Source: Myxococcota bacterium
GTDB taxonomy: Bacteria > Myxococcota_A > Bradymonadia > Bradymonadales > Bradymonadaceae
Reading direction: 5' to 3'
Assembly (NCBI GenBank): GCA_036155555.1
Contig: JAYZVO010000125.1
Span: 1-32,057, forward strand
Length of the DNA: 32,057 nt
Below, in pieces: positions 9,600-17,518 of the stretch; positions within the stretch are counted from its first letter, which is position 1, and every line of letters starts with the position of its first letter. The notes under the pieces were generated by a model that did no database searches, was not told where the DNA came from, and saw only the letters and a program-made list of their open reading frames with translations. A program made the position numbers and the translations under genes.

Positions 9600-10244
9600 G
9601 TGAAAGAGAAGAGCACCGACGCCAAGGCCAACGCGCCAGCGATTTTTGCCCCGACCGGTTATGTCTCACGCGAAGAGCACGAGACGCTCAAAGCACAGCG
9701 CGGCGCTTGCGTCTGGCTCACGGGGCTCTCGAGTAGCGGGAAGACATCGATCGCGCGCGCGCTCCAGCGCGCGCTCCACGCGCGCGGCGTGCACACCTAC
9801 GCGCTCGATGGGGACATGTTGCGGGGAGGTCTTTGCAAAGACCTCCCCTTCACACAGGAAGGGCGCGAGGAGAACATCCGACGCGCTGGCGAGGTCGCGC
9901 AGTTGATGGTAGACGCTGGGCTGATCGTCACCGCCGCGTTTATCTCGCCCTACCGTGAGGGACGAGCTCTTATCCGCGAGCGCATGCCTCGAGGGCGCTT
10001 CATCGAGTGCCACGTATCCTGCCCGCTCACGGTTTGCGAAGCGCGCGATACCAAGGGACTCTATGCGCGCGCCCGCGCTGGCGAGCTGGATCACTTCACA
10101 GGGATCTCGGCACCGTATGAAGCGCCCGAAGCGCCCGACTTGAAGCTCGAGACCGCTCCGACCGGGATCACCCCCGAGGAGTGTGCGATGAAGATCATAG
10201 CCTTGCTCGAAGAGCGAGGCTTGCTCTCGAAAGACACCCCCTGA
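9600..10244 (+). CDS. cysC: Adenylyl-sulfate (APS) kinase, stand-alone
   Basis: '[21 protein letters not shown]' P-loop. '[55 protein letters not shown]'. '...[36 protein letters not shown]' matches the conserved APS kinase core. GTG start with upstream AGGAG. Confidence 0.85.
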   Translation: MKEKSTDAKANAPAIFAPTGYVSREEHETLKAQRGACVWLTGLSSSGKTSIARALQRALHARGVHTYALDGDMLRGGLCKDLPFTQEGREENIRRAGEVAQLMVDAGLIVTAAFISPYREGRALIRERMPRGRFIECHVSCPLTVCEARDTKGLYARARAGELDHFTGISAPYEAPEAPDLKLETAPTGITPEECAMKIIALLEERGLLSKDTP

Positions 10245-10262
10245 ACGCCAAAGGAAGAAGCA

Positions 10263-11543
10263 ATGAGCTGGCGAGTGGCCTCGTTTATGGAGGGGTTTCC
10301 GGCGCGCTCGGAGACCTATATTTTGTGGCACATGACCGAGTTGATTCGCGCGGGTCACGACGTGACATTGTACCCGGTGCGGCGCAACTCTCCCGAGGGT
10401 GCGCACGATGAGGTCTCTCGCTACAACTTCATGGAGCGCGTCGTCGCCCCACCCGTGTGGCCAGACGAGCGCGAAGCGCGCGCCTGGGACGCCTTCACCT
10501 CGCTCGCGCGCGCGATGACACGCGATCCGATGGCGCTGCTGCGGTTGCTCGCCCACGCCACAGGAGATCGCGGCGTCGGCTGGCCCCAGATCGTGCGACA
10601 GATCGCGTGGGCACCCATAAAGAAACGACACGACGTGGCGCACGCTTACTTTGGCCCGCCAGGACGACGCGCGCAGTTCTTGCGCGATGTTGGCATGCTG
10701 CGCGCGCCGCTCGTGGTGAGCTTCCTCGGCTTCGATCTCAACGTCCTCCCAGGCAGGACAGGCCCCGATTACTACGGGCGATTGTTTGAAGGCGCAGACT
10801 GTCTGTGCGTCTCCTCTCGGTTTATGCGTCGCAAGCTCCTCTCGCTCGGCGCTCCCGAGGAGCGCATTCGCGTCCTCCCGATCGGGCTCCCCTTGAAAGG
10901 ATTTGCCTTCCGCCCGAGGCAACTCGCTGACGGCGAGACGATGACCTTGATCGCTGCCGCTCGCCTCACGGAAGTGAAAGGAATCTCCTGGGGATTGAAG
11001 GGCCTCGCGCTCGCGCGCGAGGCAGGTTTGGATGTGCGCTGGGAGATCTTTGGCGACGGCCCACTGAGAGCAGAACTCGAAGCACTGAGAGCGGAGCTTG
11101 GCCTGGAAGACGCGGTGACGTTCCATGGGTTCGTGCCAATTCAGGAGGTCCAACGCGCCATGGAGACCGCGCACGCGTGCCTGTTTCCCGGTGTCGCAGC
11201 AGCAGATGGCGCGGAAGAGGCGCTCGGAGGAGCGGTGCTCGAGGCGCAAGCCTGCGGCTTGCCCGTGATCGCATCCGAGGTTGGAGGAATCCCGGAAGGT
11301 TTCGTCCCCGGAGTCTCGGGGTATCTCGTCCCACAGCGCGATCCTGAAGCGATCGCGAAGGCGCTACGCGACCTCCACGACAACCGCGAGCAGTGGCCGA
11401 CCATGGGCGAAGCAGGGCACGCGCACGTTCAGGAGCGCTACGATTGCGAGGCGCTCAACGAGCGATGGGAGCGGCTCTATGACGGGTTAGTCGCCGGAAC
11501 GCTCCCGACGCAGGCAGAGATCGACGCGCCGCTCACGCGCTGA
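10263..11543 (+). CDS. Glycosyltransferase, family 4
   Basis: RBS AAGGAAGAAG. 'ETMTLIAAARLTEVKGISWGLKGLA...WEIFGDGPLRAELEALRAELGLEDAVTFHGFV...GGAVLEAQACGLPVIASEVGGIPEGFVPGVSGYLV' are canonical GT4 motifs. Confidence 0.8.
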   Translation: MSWRVASFMEGFPARSETYILWHMTELIRAGHDVTLYPVRRNSPEGAHDEVSRYNFMERVVAPPVWPDEREARAWDAFTSLARAMTRDPMALLRLLAHATGDRGVGWPQIVRQIAWAPIKKRHDVAHAYFGPPGRRAQFLRDVGMLRAPLVVSFLGFDLNVLPGRTGPDYYGRLFEGADCLCVSSRFMRRKLLSLGAPEERIRVLPIGLPLKGFAFRPRQLADGETMTLIAAARLTEVKGISWGLKGLALAREAGLDVRWEIFGDGPLRAELEALRAELGLEDAVTFHGFVPIQEVQRAMETAHACLFPGVAAADGAEEALGGAVLEAQACGLPVIASEVGGIPEGFVPGVSGYLVPQRDPEAIAKALRDLHDNREQWPTMGEAGHAHVQERYDCEALNERWERLYDGLVAGTLPTQAEIDAPLTR

Positions 11544-11547
11544 AAGC

Positions 11548-12654
11548 TCATCCTCGCCTCGGCGCGCGATCATAAAGATCGTGCAGGGCGCCGATGTAAC
11601 GTGACGGCGAGAAACGACGGTGCGCGATCTCTCTCGCCGCATCACCGAGCTCCTCTCGTTCGGCATCGCTCCACTCGTGAGCGGTGCGCAAGACATCGAT
11701 CCAACCTTGCAAATCAGTGGAGTCCGTGAGGTAGGCATCTCCGAGCTCTCCCATCACCTCACGCACGCCGCTCGCGGTCGAGCCGAGCGGTGGGATGCCG
11801 GTGGCCATCGCCTCGAGCAACGCCACGCTGCATCCTTCGCTGTGGGAAGGGATGACGAACACATCGTGAGCATCGAGCAGCTCTCGGACATCTGTGCGAA
11901 AACCGAGCATGGTGACGTGCGCGCCGAGGTCGAGCGTCTCGACGAGCGCCGAGAGCTCGTCGCGCAACGCGCCATCACCTGCGATATCGAGCGTGATGTC
12001 GCGTCCTTCCTCGTGCACCAGGTGTGCGACGGCGCGGAGCAACGTCTCGTGGTTTTTCACTGGCACCAACCGCCCCGCGGTGAACAGGCGCAACGGCCCC
12101 TGACGTTTGTAACCTCGGGTACGGGCGGTGAAGAATCGAGGATTGCCGCAGTTGTAGAGCAACTCGACACGATCGCGAGGCATGCGATCCTCTGTCAAAA
12201 GGTAATCACACGTCGCCTGCGAGACGCCGATCACGACATCGACGAGCCTGGAGATCGCCGCGTAGGCGAGGTTGCCTGAAGCAGAGCGCGCGGGCACGCC
12301 TGTGTCCTCGATGATCGAGAGCGGAGTGCCCGCGAGCCAGCTCGCGATGGCGCCATGAAACATCGCCTCGGCGATGCTGGCGTGGAGCACATCTGGCTTT
12401 TGTTGCGCGAGGTAAGCCCACAATTTCAAGGTCGCGCGCGGGTTGCGCACGCTCGGGTCGACGTCGAGGACATCGACGGGGACACCGAGCTCGCGGATCG
12501 CCTCGGCCGCCTGGCCCGGCTTCCAGAAGGTGCAAACGCGCAGCTCGAAGCGCTCGTGGTCCATGAGCGAGGATTGGAGCGTCACGCGCGACTCCACGCC
12601 GCCAAAGTCAAGGACTGGCAACAGGCGCACGATCTTCTTTCTACGATGGGACAT
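11548..12654 (-). CDS. Glycosyltransferase, family 4
   Basis: 'KKIVRLLPVLDFGGVESRVTLQSSL...LRLFTAGRLVPVKNHETLLRAVAHL...DIAGDGALRDELSALVETLDLGAHVTMLGFR...EGCSVALLEAMATGIPP'. Convergent with the previous gene, with 4 nt between the stops. Confidence 0.8.
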   Translation of the reverse strand: MSHRRKKIVRLLPVLDFGGVESRVTLQSSLMDHERFELRVCTFWKPGQAAEAIRELGVPVDVLDVDPSVRNPRATLKLWAYLAQQKPDVLHASIAEAMFHGAIASWLAGTPLSIIEDTGVPARSASGNLAYAAISRLVDVVIGVSQATCDYLLTEDRMPRDRVELLYNCGNPRFFTARTRGYKRQGPLRLFTAGRLVPVKNHETLLRAVAHLVHEEGRDITLDIAGDGALRDELSALVETLDLGAHVTMLGFRTDVRELLDAHDVFVIPSHSEGCSVALLEAMATGIPPLGSTASGVREVMGELGDAYLTDSTDLQGWIDVLRTAHEWSDAEREELGDAAREIAHRRFSPSRYIGALHDLYDRAPRRG

Positions 12655-12873
12655 AAGCCAACAACTTCCGGCAGTTCCATGATTTTTGCGAGGGCCTGAC
12701 CCTCTTCGACTTCGTAAGCATGTACACCATCAAGAGGTCCAACTCCAGACGCAGGCGTTCGAAGAGGATGCCCTTCGTTTGCACACTGAGCCCGATTATG
12801 ATTGCATCGTCGCGGCGAGAGATGGGGTTAGAGATGAAGCAGCACGTTCGAGCAAATCACTGGAGACGCGACC

Positions 12874-14202
12874 ATGAATGATCTCTGGATCACCCCCATG
12901 GTCGCCATGGTAGGGGCGTTGTTCCTTGCCATCCACACGAGCAGGACGCGACGTTGGGAGACGGGCGTGCTCTGGCTAAGTTGGCTCGCGCATGTGGTGA
13001 GCGCGGTCGCCATGGTGCTCTTGACCAAGTACTTCTTTGGCGGCGGCGACATGATCGCGTATCACCGCGAAGCGCTGGTCTACGCGGACTTGCTCAAGAC
13101 GGACTCGGCCTACTTCTCGGACATCTTCCTGTACTCGATCGGACGAAACCCCCAAAACCCGATGCTCTTTTTGGCAGGAACATCCACCGGCGCGATGTTC
13201 GGCGCGGGAACGTTCCTGTCGGTGTTGTTGGGAGGATCGCTCTATGCGATCTGCATGGCGATCGCCATGCTGGGCCTCTTCTCCAAGTATATGATCTACA
13301 AGGCGCTGGCGATCTCACTGCCGGAGCGTTGCCACCGCGTGACCCTTTTGGTGTGCATGCTGTTGCCATCGATGGTGTTTTGGACAAGCGGCTTGCTCAA
13401 GGAGGCGCTCGCCATGATCGGCATGGGGCCGCTCTGCCTGGGGAGCGCCTTATTGGTGCAACGAAAGCGCTTCTTCCTCGGCGGCGCGCTGATCCTTGTG
13501 GGTGGATTCATCATCTCCATTTACAAGTCCTACATCCTCATTCCATGGCTGCTCGTGGTGGGGATCTGGTTCTACTGGCAGCGCACGTTGGCGAGCAAAG
13601 GGAGCATCCGGCTGCTGTCGCAGCCGATCTATATCGCGCTCGCGTTCGGCCTGGCCTTTGGTGGGATCGTCATGCTCGGTGAGTTCTTCCCGCGCTATTC
13701 GTTCGCGCGCGTGACGGACGAGATCGCGCAGCTGCAATCACTAGGGCAGCGCATCTCCGGTGGCTCGAACTATGTGATCGCGGACGCGCCAGCGCGCTCG
13801 GCCGGAGCACAGCTCGCCCTGTTGCCCGTCGGCCTCCTCTTCTCGCTCTTTCGACCGCTCCCGTTCGAGGCGAGGAACTTCGCCTTGTTGCTCAATGTCG
13901 CCGAAATGATCGTGGTGCTCTGGCTCTGGTGGAGGTTGTTTCGCGTGAGGCCGCTGCGCCAAACATTGCGCGCGCTGTTCACGAGCCCTGTGTTGGTCGC
14001 GTCCCTCGTCTTCGTGATCCTCTTTGGCGCCATCGTCGGCATCGCGACGACAAATATCGGGACGCTCTCGCGCTATCGCATCCCGATGATGCCCTTCTAC
14101 ATCATGCTGCTCGCGGTCCTTGGCGATCCGAAGCTTTTGGCAAAGCCGGCGACCGCGCCCACCTCGAGAGCTCGCAGGCAGCGGCGGCGAACGCGCAGTT
14201 GA
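12874..14202 (+). CDS. Polytopic membrane protein, Wzy/O-antigen-polymerase- or EpsG-like (putative repeat-unit polymerase)
   Basis: At least 10 predicted TM segments, loops rich in aromatics, and no soluble-domain motifs. It sits in a glycosyltransferase cluster and is divergently transcribed from the GT4 at 11548-12654. The family assignment is inference from topology and context. Confidence 0.5.
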   Translation: MNDLWITPMVAMVGALFLAIHTSRTRRWETGVLWLSWLAHVVSAVAMVLLTKYFFGGGDMIAYHREALVYADLLKTDSAYFSDIFLYSIGRNPQNPMLFLAGTSTGAMFGAGTFLSVLLGGSLYAICMAIAMLGLFSKYMIYKALAISLPERCHRVTLLVCMLLPSMVFWTSGLLKEALAMIGMGPLCLGSALLVQRKRFFLGGALILVGGFIISIYKSYILIPWLLVVGIWFYWQRTLASKGSIRLLSQPIYIALAFGLAFGGIVMLGEFFPRYSFARVTDEIAQLQSLGQRISGGSNYVIADAPARSAGAQLALLPVGLLFSLFRPLPFEARNFALLLNVAEMIVVLWLWWRLFRVRPLRQTLRALFTSPVLVASLVFVILFGAIVGIATTNIGTLSRYRIPMMPFYIMLLAVLGDPKLLAKPATAPTSRARRQRRRTRS

Positions 14203-14278
14203 AAGTGGGAACACCTCGTCTTGTTCGAGGTGTTGAGGTCGAGGATGGTGATGAACAAAAGTCTTATCGAGAGAGATC

Positions 14279-14830
14279 ATGCGATCTTCCACCCTGCTCC
14301 CTGTTGCCCTGGCGCTGTTTGCCTTATCGGCCTGTGATCGAGCTCGAGTCGATGATCGCGTGACGCCGACGCCACCGGTCAATCCGCTTGTCGCCGAGAT
14401 GTGCCCGGACACGACACAGATGAAGGTAGACTCGGAGAAGATGTGCACGCAGATCGGGTGCACCAACGAGCTGCGCGTCGTCCTGCCGGAGGCGTTGACG
14501 AAGACGCCAGGCATGTACCGCGTCGCGGTGAAGTCGCGCGGCGAGGATGCCACGTGCGAGTTCACGCTCCCTGTCACGTCGTGTGATCAGCGCCCGACTT
14601 GCAGTGATGAAGAGAAGCTCGTCGCGGGCGTCTCGGGGTGCGCCTCGAGCGCCGAAGATCAGATGATCGGAGAGCTTTACCTGCGCGACCTCCCTCCCGA
14701 GGTCGCGCTGACCATCGAGCGTGACGGCGCCGTCGTGCTCGATGAGAGATTCTCGCCGACCTACAGCTCGGGGCAACCCAATGGAGCGGGCTGCGAGCCC
14801 CGATGCTGTCAGGCCGAAGAGCGCCTCTGA
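14279..14830 (+). CDS. Hypothetical lipoprotein (Cys-containing, secreted)
   Basis: Signal plus lipobox 'LPVALALFALSACD'. High GC3. No recognizable catalytic motif. Confidence 0.5.
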   Translation: MRSSTLLPVALALFALSACDRARVDDRVTPTPPVNPLVAEMCPDTTQMKVDSEKMCTQIGCTNELRVVLPEALTKTPGMYRVAVKSRGEDATCEFTLPVTSCDQRPTCSDEEKLVAGVSGCASSAEDQMIGELYLRDLPPEVALTIERDGAVVLDERFSPTYSSGQPNGAGCEPRCCQAEERL

Positions 14831-14834
14831 AGAA

Positions 14835-15710
14835 TCAATCGCCCACCAGCGCGTCGCGCGCATCCGAGAGCTTCGCCATCTCGTCATCGCCCAATGTCGG
14901 GTAATTGATCGGGAGGGACTTGAGCGTATCGACGATGATCTCGGCGACGCGCAAGCGCATGTAAGGCTTGTCGTCTGCCGGAATCGCATACCATGGAGCC
15001 CAGGGACGCGAGGTCTTGTCCAGCGCCTCCTGGTAAGCGTTCATGTAGGCGTCCCAGTGGCCGCGCTCCTTGACGTCGCTCATGGCAAACTTCCAGTTGC
15101 GCGCAGGATCATCTATGCGCTTGAGAAACCTTGCCTTTTGCTCATCACGCGAGACATTGAGCCAGAACTTGATGATGACGGTGCCGTTGCGCGCCAGGTG
15201 TTTTTCGTGGTCGCGGATCGACTCCAGGCGTTGCTCGAACAGCTCCTCGAGGGAGTCGGGCTTGAAGGGGAGGCGTTGGTTGTCGAGGATGCCCGGATGG
15301 ACGCGCACGACGAGGACTTCCTCGTAGTAAGAGCGGTTGAAGATACCGATCCTGCCGCGCTCGGGGAGGCACTTGGCGGTGCGCCAGAGGAAGTCGTGGT
15401 CGAGCTCCTCGGTCGAGGGCTGCTTGAAGGAGTAGACCTGACACCCGGCGGGGTTCACGCCGCTCATCACCGCGCGGATGGTGCCATCCTTTCCGGCCGC
15501 GTCCATCGCCTGAAAAATCAGCAAGACGGAGTGATGATCGCTGGCGTAGAGCACGCGCTGGAGATCGCGCAGCTCCTCGATCTTGTCCGCGAGCATGCGC
15601 TTGGCCTTCTTCTTCCCGGGCGCTTTCTTTGGTGGTTTGCAAGAAACCTTCGAGAGCTTGAAGGACCCGTCAAAGGGCACCAAAAGCTCGTTTTCGATCG
15701 CCTCGAACAT
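14835..15710 (-). CDS. ppk2: Polyphosphate kinase 2 (single-domain PPK2)
   Basis: 'IFQAMDAAGKDGTIR' Walker A. 'IFNRSYYEEVLVVRVHP'. 'FWLNVSRDEQKARFLKRIDDPARNWKF'. 'WYAIPADDK'. All are hallmark PPK2 motifs. Strong RBS AGGAGGAG. Confidence 0.85.
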   Translation of the reverse strand: MFEAIENELLVPFDGSFKLSKVSCKPPKKAPGKKKAKRMLADKIEELRDLQRVLYASDHHSVLLIFQAMDAAGKDGTIRAVMSGVNPAGCQVYSFKQPSTEELDHDFLWRTAKCLPERGRIGIFNRSYYEEVLVVRVHPGILDNQRLPFKPDSLEELFEQRLESIRDHEKHLARNGTVIIKFWLNVSRDEQKARFLKRIDDPARNWKFAMSDVKERGHWDAYMNAYQEALDKTSRPWAPWYAIPADDKPYMRLRVAEIIVDTLKSLPINYPTLGDDEMAKLSDARDALVGD

Positions 15711-15853
15711 ACTCCGCTCCTCCTGTCGAATCGGTGGTGGGCGCGCTGCCCTCGAATCATCACGTGCGAGCCAAGGAGTGTATCAAAAGATGAGAGGGTG
15801 CACACCGCTCGATCGATCGCAGCGGGCATGTTCTCACTGACGCCAGGCGGCGC

Positions 15854-15940
15854 GGGGAGAGAGGGGGCGCGGGTTTTTCCGCGCCGTCTTCGCGCGCCCC
15901 ATGGGCTCTTCATGGAAAAACCCGCGCCCCCTCTCTCCCC
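15854..15940. repeat. Perfect 27-bp-arm inverted repeat (GGGGAGAGAGGGGGCGCGGGTTTTTCC ... GGAAAAACCCGCGCCCCCTCTCTCCCC) with a 33-nt spacer, in the divergent intergenic region between ppk2 and the NfeD/flotillin operon
   Basis: Read directly; the arms are exact reverse complements. Coordinates may be off by 1 because the sequence line at 15841 appears to be one character short. Confidence 0.75.
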
Positions 15941-15989
15941 TCGGCAACCGCCGCGTTCGCCTCTTTCTCGCGTGGCGTCACGTCGGCGC

Positions 15990-16075
15990 AGCCTTATTCG
16001 ATTTTAACAAACAAAACAATTTGATTTTTGTAATTTTCCAAACACAAAAACTCCCTACAATCATACTCGAGAGGC
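15990..16075. promoter_or_regulatory. AT-rich island of about 85 bp (roughly 25% GC) in an otherwise high-GC intergenic region; contains a 'TACAAT' -10-like hexamer at about 16058
   Basis: 'ttattcgattttaacaaacaaaacaatttgatttttgtaattttccaaacacaaaaactccctacaatcat'. A candidate promoter, UP element or nucleoid-protein site for the downstream NfeD/flotillin genes. I could not fit a convincing -35. Confidence 0.25.
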
Positions 16076-16389
16076 ATGCCGCAACGGGGCGATCGACCAG
16101 TGGGATGGAACATCGCTCTGATGTCTCTCAACGTGGGAAGGGGATGGGCGCGGCCGATCTGGTTCGTCCAGATCGGCCGCGTCTTGTCTGTCAGAGGGTC
16201 GATAGTGTAGCTTGGCACGCACTTCAAACGAGGAAAGACTCGAAATGATGGGAGAGGTACGCGACATCGCTTGCAGGCGATGACGCGGTGGGTTTGAGAG
16301 CACGCGATGTGCATGTGCGATGAGCGCCAGAGCGATGGCGAGATTCCGCGCAGGCTTCGTGCTGGATTTGGTTGGAAAGAGAGGCGCAC

Positions 16390-17235
16390 ATGCAAGAATT
16401 TTTAACCATCATCCTCTCGATGCCCACGGTCGTATACACGGTGTTGATGGGACTCATGGCCCTCTACTGGGTCACGGTCATCATGGGCGCGGTGGATATC
16501 GACCTCTTCGATCTGGATGCAGATCTGGACGCAGATATCGACCTCGACGCGGACGTGGACCTGGATGTGGACGCGGATATCGACGTCGATGTCGACGCAG
16601 GCGTGGACACAGACATCGATCTGGACGCAGCGCATGGGAGCGCAGGGGTTGTCGTCTCGCTGCTCTCGGCGCTCGGCCTGGTGGGTGTGCCGCTGACGAT
16701 CTCGCTCAGCATCCTGGTGCTCTTTAACTGGTCATTGACCTTCTTGCTCGCCTACTCGCTGGGCGCAGGCAAGGAACCATTGAGCACCTTGTTCGGCGTG
16801 GCGGTCATGGGAGGGAGCTTGATCGCTTCGACGCTCTTGACCTCGATCGCGGTTCGTCCGATCCGCCCTCTCTTCCGCAGCAAGGCTGGCGCGAAAGCTG
16901 GCCGCGCGCTGGTGGGGATGACGATCAAGGTGACCTCGGGGAGCGTGACCGACACGTTCGGGCGCGCCGAGGGCACGTTGGATGACGCGACGATCAACTT
17001 CTCGATCCGATGCGAAGAGGAGAACAGCCTCTCCAAAGGCGATGACGCCCTGGTGATCGGATACGACGAGAACGCGCACGTTTACTACGTGGAGCCGCTC
17101 GATTCGATGTTGTCCGGGAAATCAAAGCACGGAGGGAAGAGCGCGCAGGAGCTCGAGGCTGTCTTCGACGAGCTCGAAGCTCAGCAAGAAGAAGAGGTCG
17201 AGGTCGGCGTCGAAGCCGAGGTCGACAAGGGCTAG
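16390..17235 (+). CDS. NfeD/YqiJ-like inner-membrane protein: N-terminal TM, acidic D-x repeat, 2-3 TMs, C-terminal OB-fold-like beta-barrel
   Basis: ATG 16390 is preceded by a purine-rich RBS; an alternative TTG start lies at 16372. Hydrophobic segments flank 'DIDLFDLDADLDADIDLDADVDLDVDADIDVDVDAGVDTDIDLDA'. The C-terminal 'LVGMTIKVTSGSVTDTFGRAEGTLDDATINFSIRCEEENSLSKGDDALVIGYDENAHVYYVEP' has the pattern of NfeD short-form OB domains. It lies immediately upstream of a flotillin gene, as in the yqiJ-yqiK and yuaF-floT arrangements. Confidence 0.65.
   Translation: MQEFLTIILSMPTVVYTVLMGLMALYWVTVIMGAVDIDLFDLDADLDADIDLDADVDLDVDADIDVDVDAGVDTDIDLDAAHGSAGVVVSLLSALGLVGVPLTISLSILVLFNWSLTFLLAYSLGAGKEPLSTLFGVAVMGGSLIASTLLTSIAVRPIRPLFRSKAGAKAGRALVGMTIKVTSGSVTDTFGRAEGTLDDATINFSIRCEEENSLSKGDDALVIGYDENAHVYYVEPLDSMLSGKSKHGGKSAQELEAVFDELEAQQEEEVEVGVEAEVDKG
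16495..16629 (+). repeat. Coding tandem repeat with 6-nt periodicity, (GAY-hydrophobic codon) about 22 times, encoding about 45 residues of alternating Asp and hydrophobic residues
   Basis: 'gatatcgacctcttcgatctggatgcagatctggacgcagatatcgacctcgacgcggacgtggacctggatgtggacgcggatatcgacgtcgatgtcgacgcaggcgtggacacagacatcgatctggacgca'. It also generates spurious antisense ORFs at 16402-16712. Confidence 0.85.
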
Positions 17236-17250
17236 GAGACGAACTTCGAC

Positions 17251-17307
17251 GTCACATCGTGCGGCGAGCAGAGAGAGCCGCGAGGCGTACTCGCCGCACG
17301 ATGTGAC
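17251..17307 (+). other. Strong hairpin (18-bp perfect stem GTCACATCGTGCGGCGAG/CTCGCCGCACGATGTGAC, 21-nt loop) 16 nt after the NfeD-like stop and 210 nt before the flotillin start
   Basis: Read directly. No U-tract follows. A candidate attenuator or RNA-processing/stability element setting the NfeD:flotillin ratio. Confidence 0.4.
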
Positions 17308-17518
17308 GCGATTGGAGATGGACGAAAGTGTCTATCAGCTGGTAAGTACGCCTCTCAACGAGAGGACATGAAAGGAAATGTGCCTTCGGTGTGCGTAGCT
17401 CGAGCGAGCGACTTCTCACCCCCGGGCGCTGGAAAGCAAGATACGACTCACGAGAAGCACTGGTGTCGCGGCGCGTTCGGGCGCGGTGCGGGCTTGAACC
17501 TGGAAGGAGGAAGAACTC

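Noticed and set aside
9666-11249. 527-aa minus-strand ORF spanning cysC and the GT4 gene
   Set aside because: It overlaps two + strand genes with unambiguous family motifs. Its translation is low-complexity and Arg-rich.
14721-16007. 428-aa + strand ORF overlapping ppk2
   Set aside because: It is antisense to a gene with hallmark PPK2 motifs. It runs through the 27-bp palindrome and the AT-rich island and is compositionally non-coding.
16208-16226. A possible sigma-54 promoter (CTTGGCACG-N4-TCAA) upstream of the NfeD-like gene
   Set aside because: The -24 matches but the -12 (TCAA) lacks the conserved GC, so it is a poor match.
15901-16248. 115-aa ORF in the ppk2 to NfeD intergenic region
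   Set aside because: It starts inside the palindrome loop, crosses the AT-rich island, and has no RBS or coding bias. The region is better treated as regulatory DNA.
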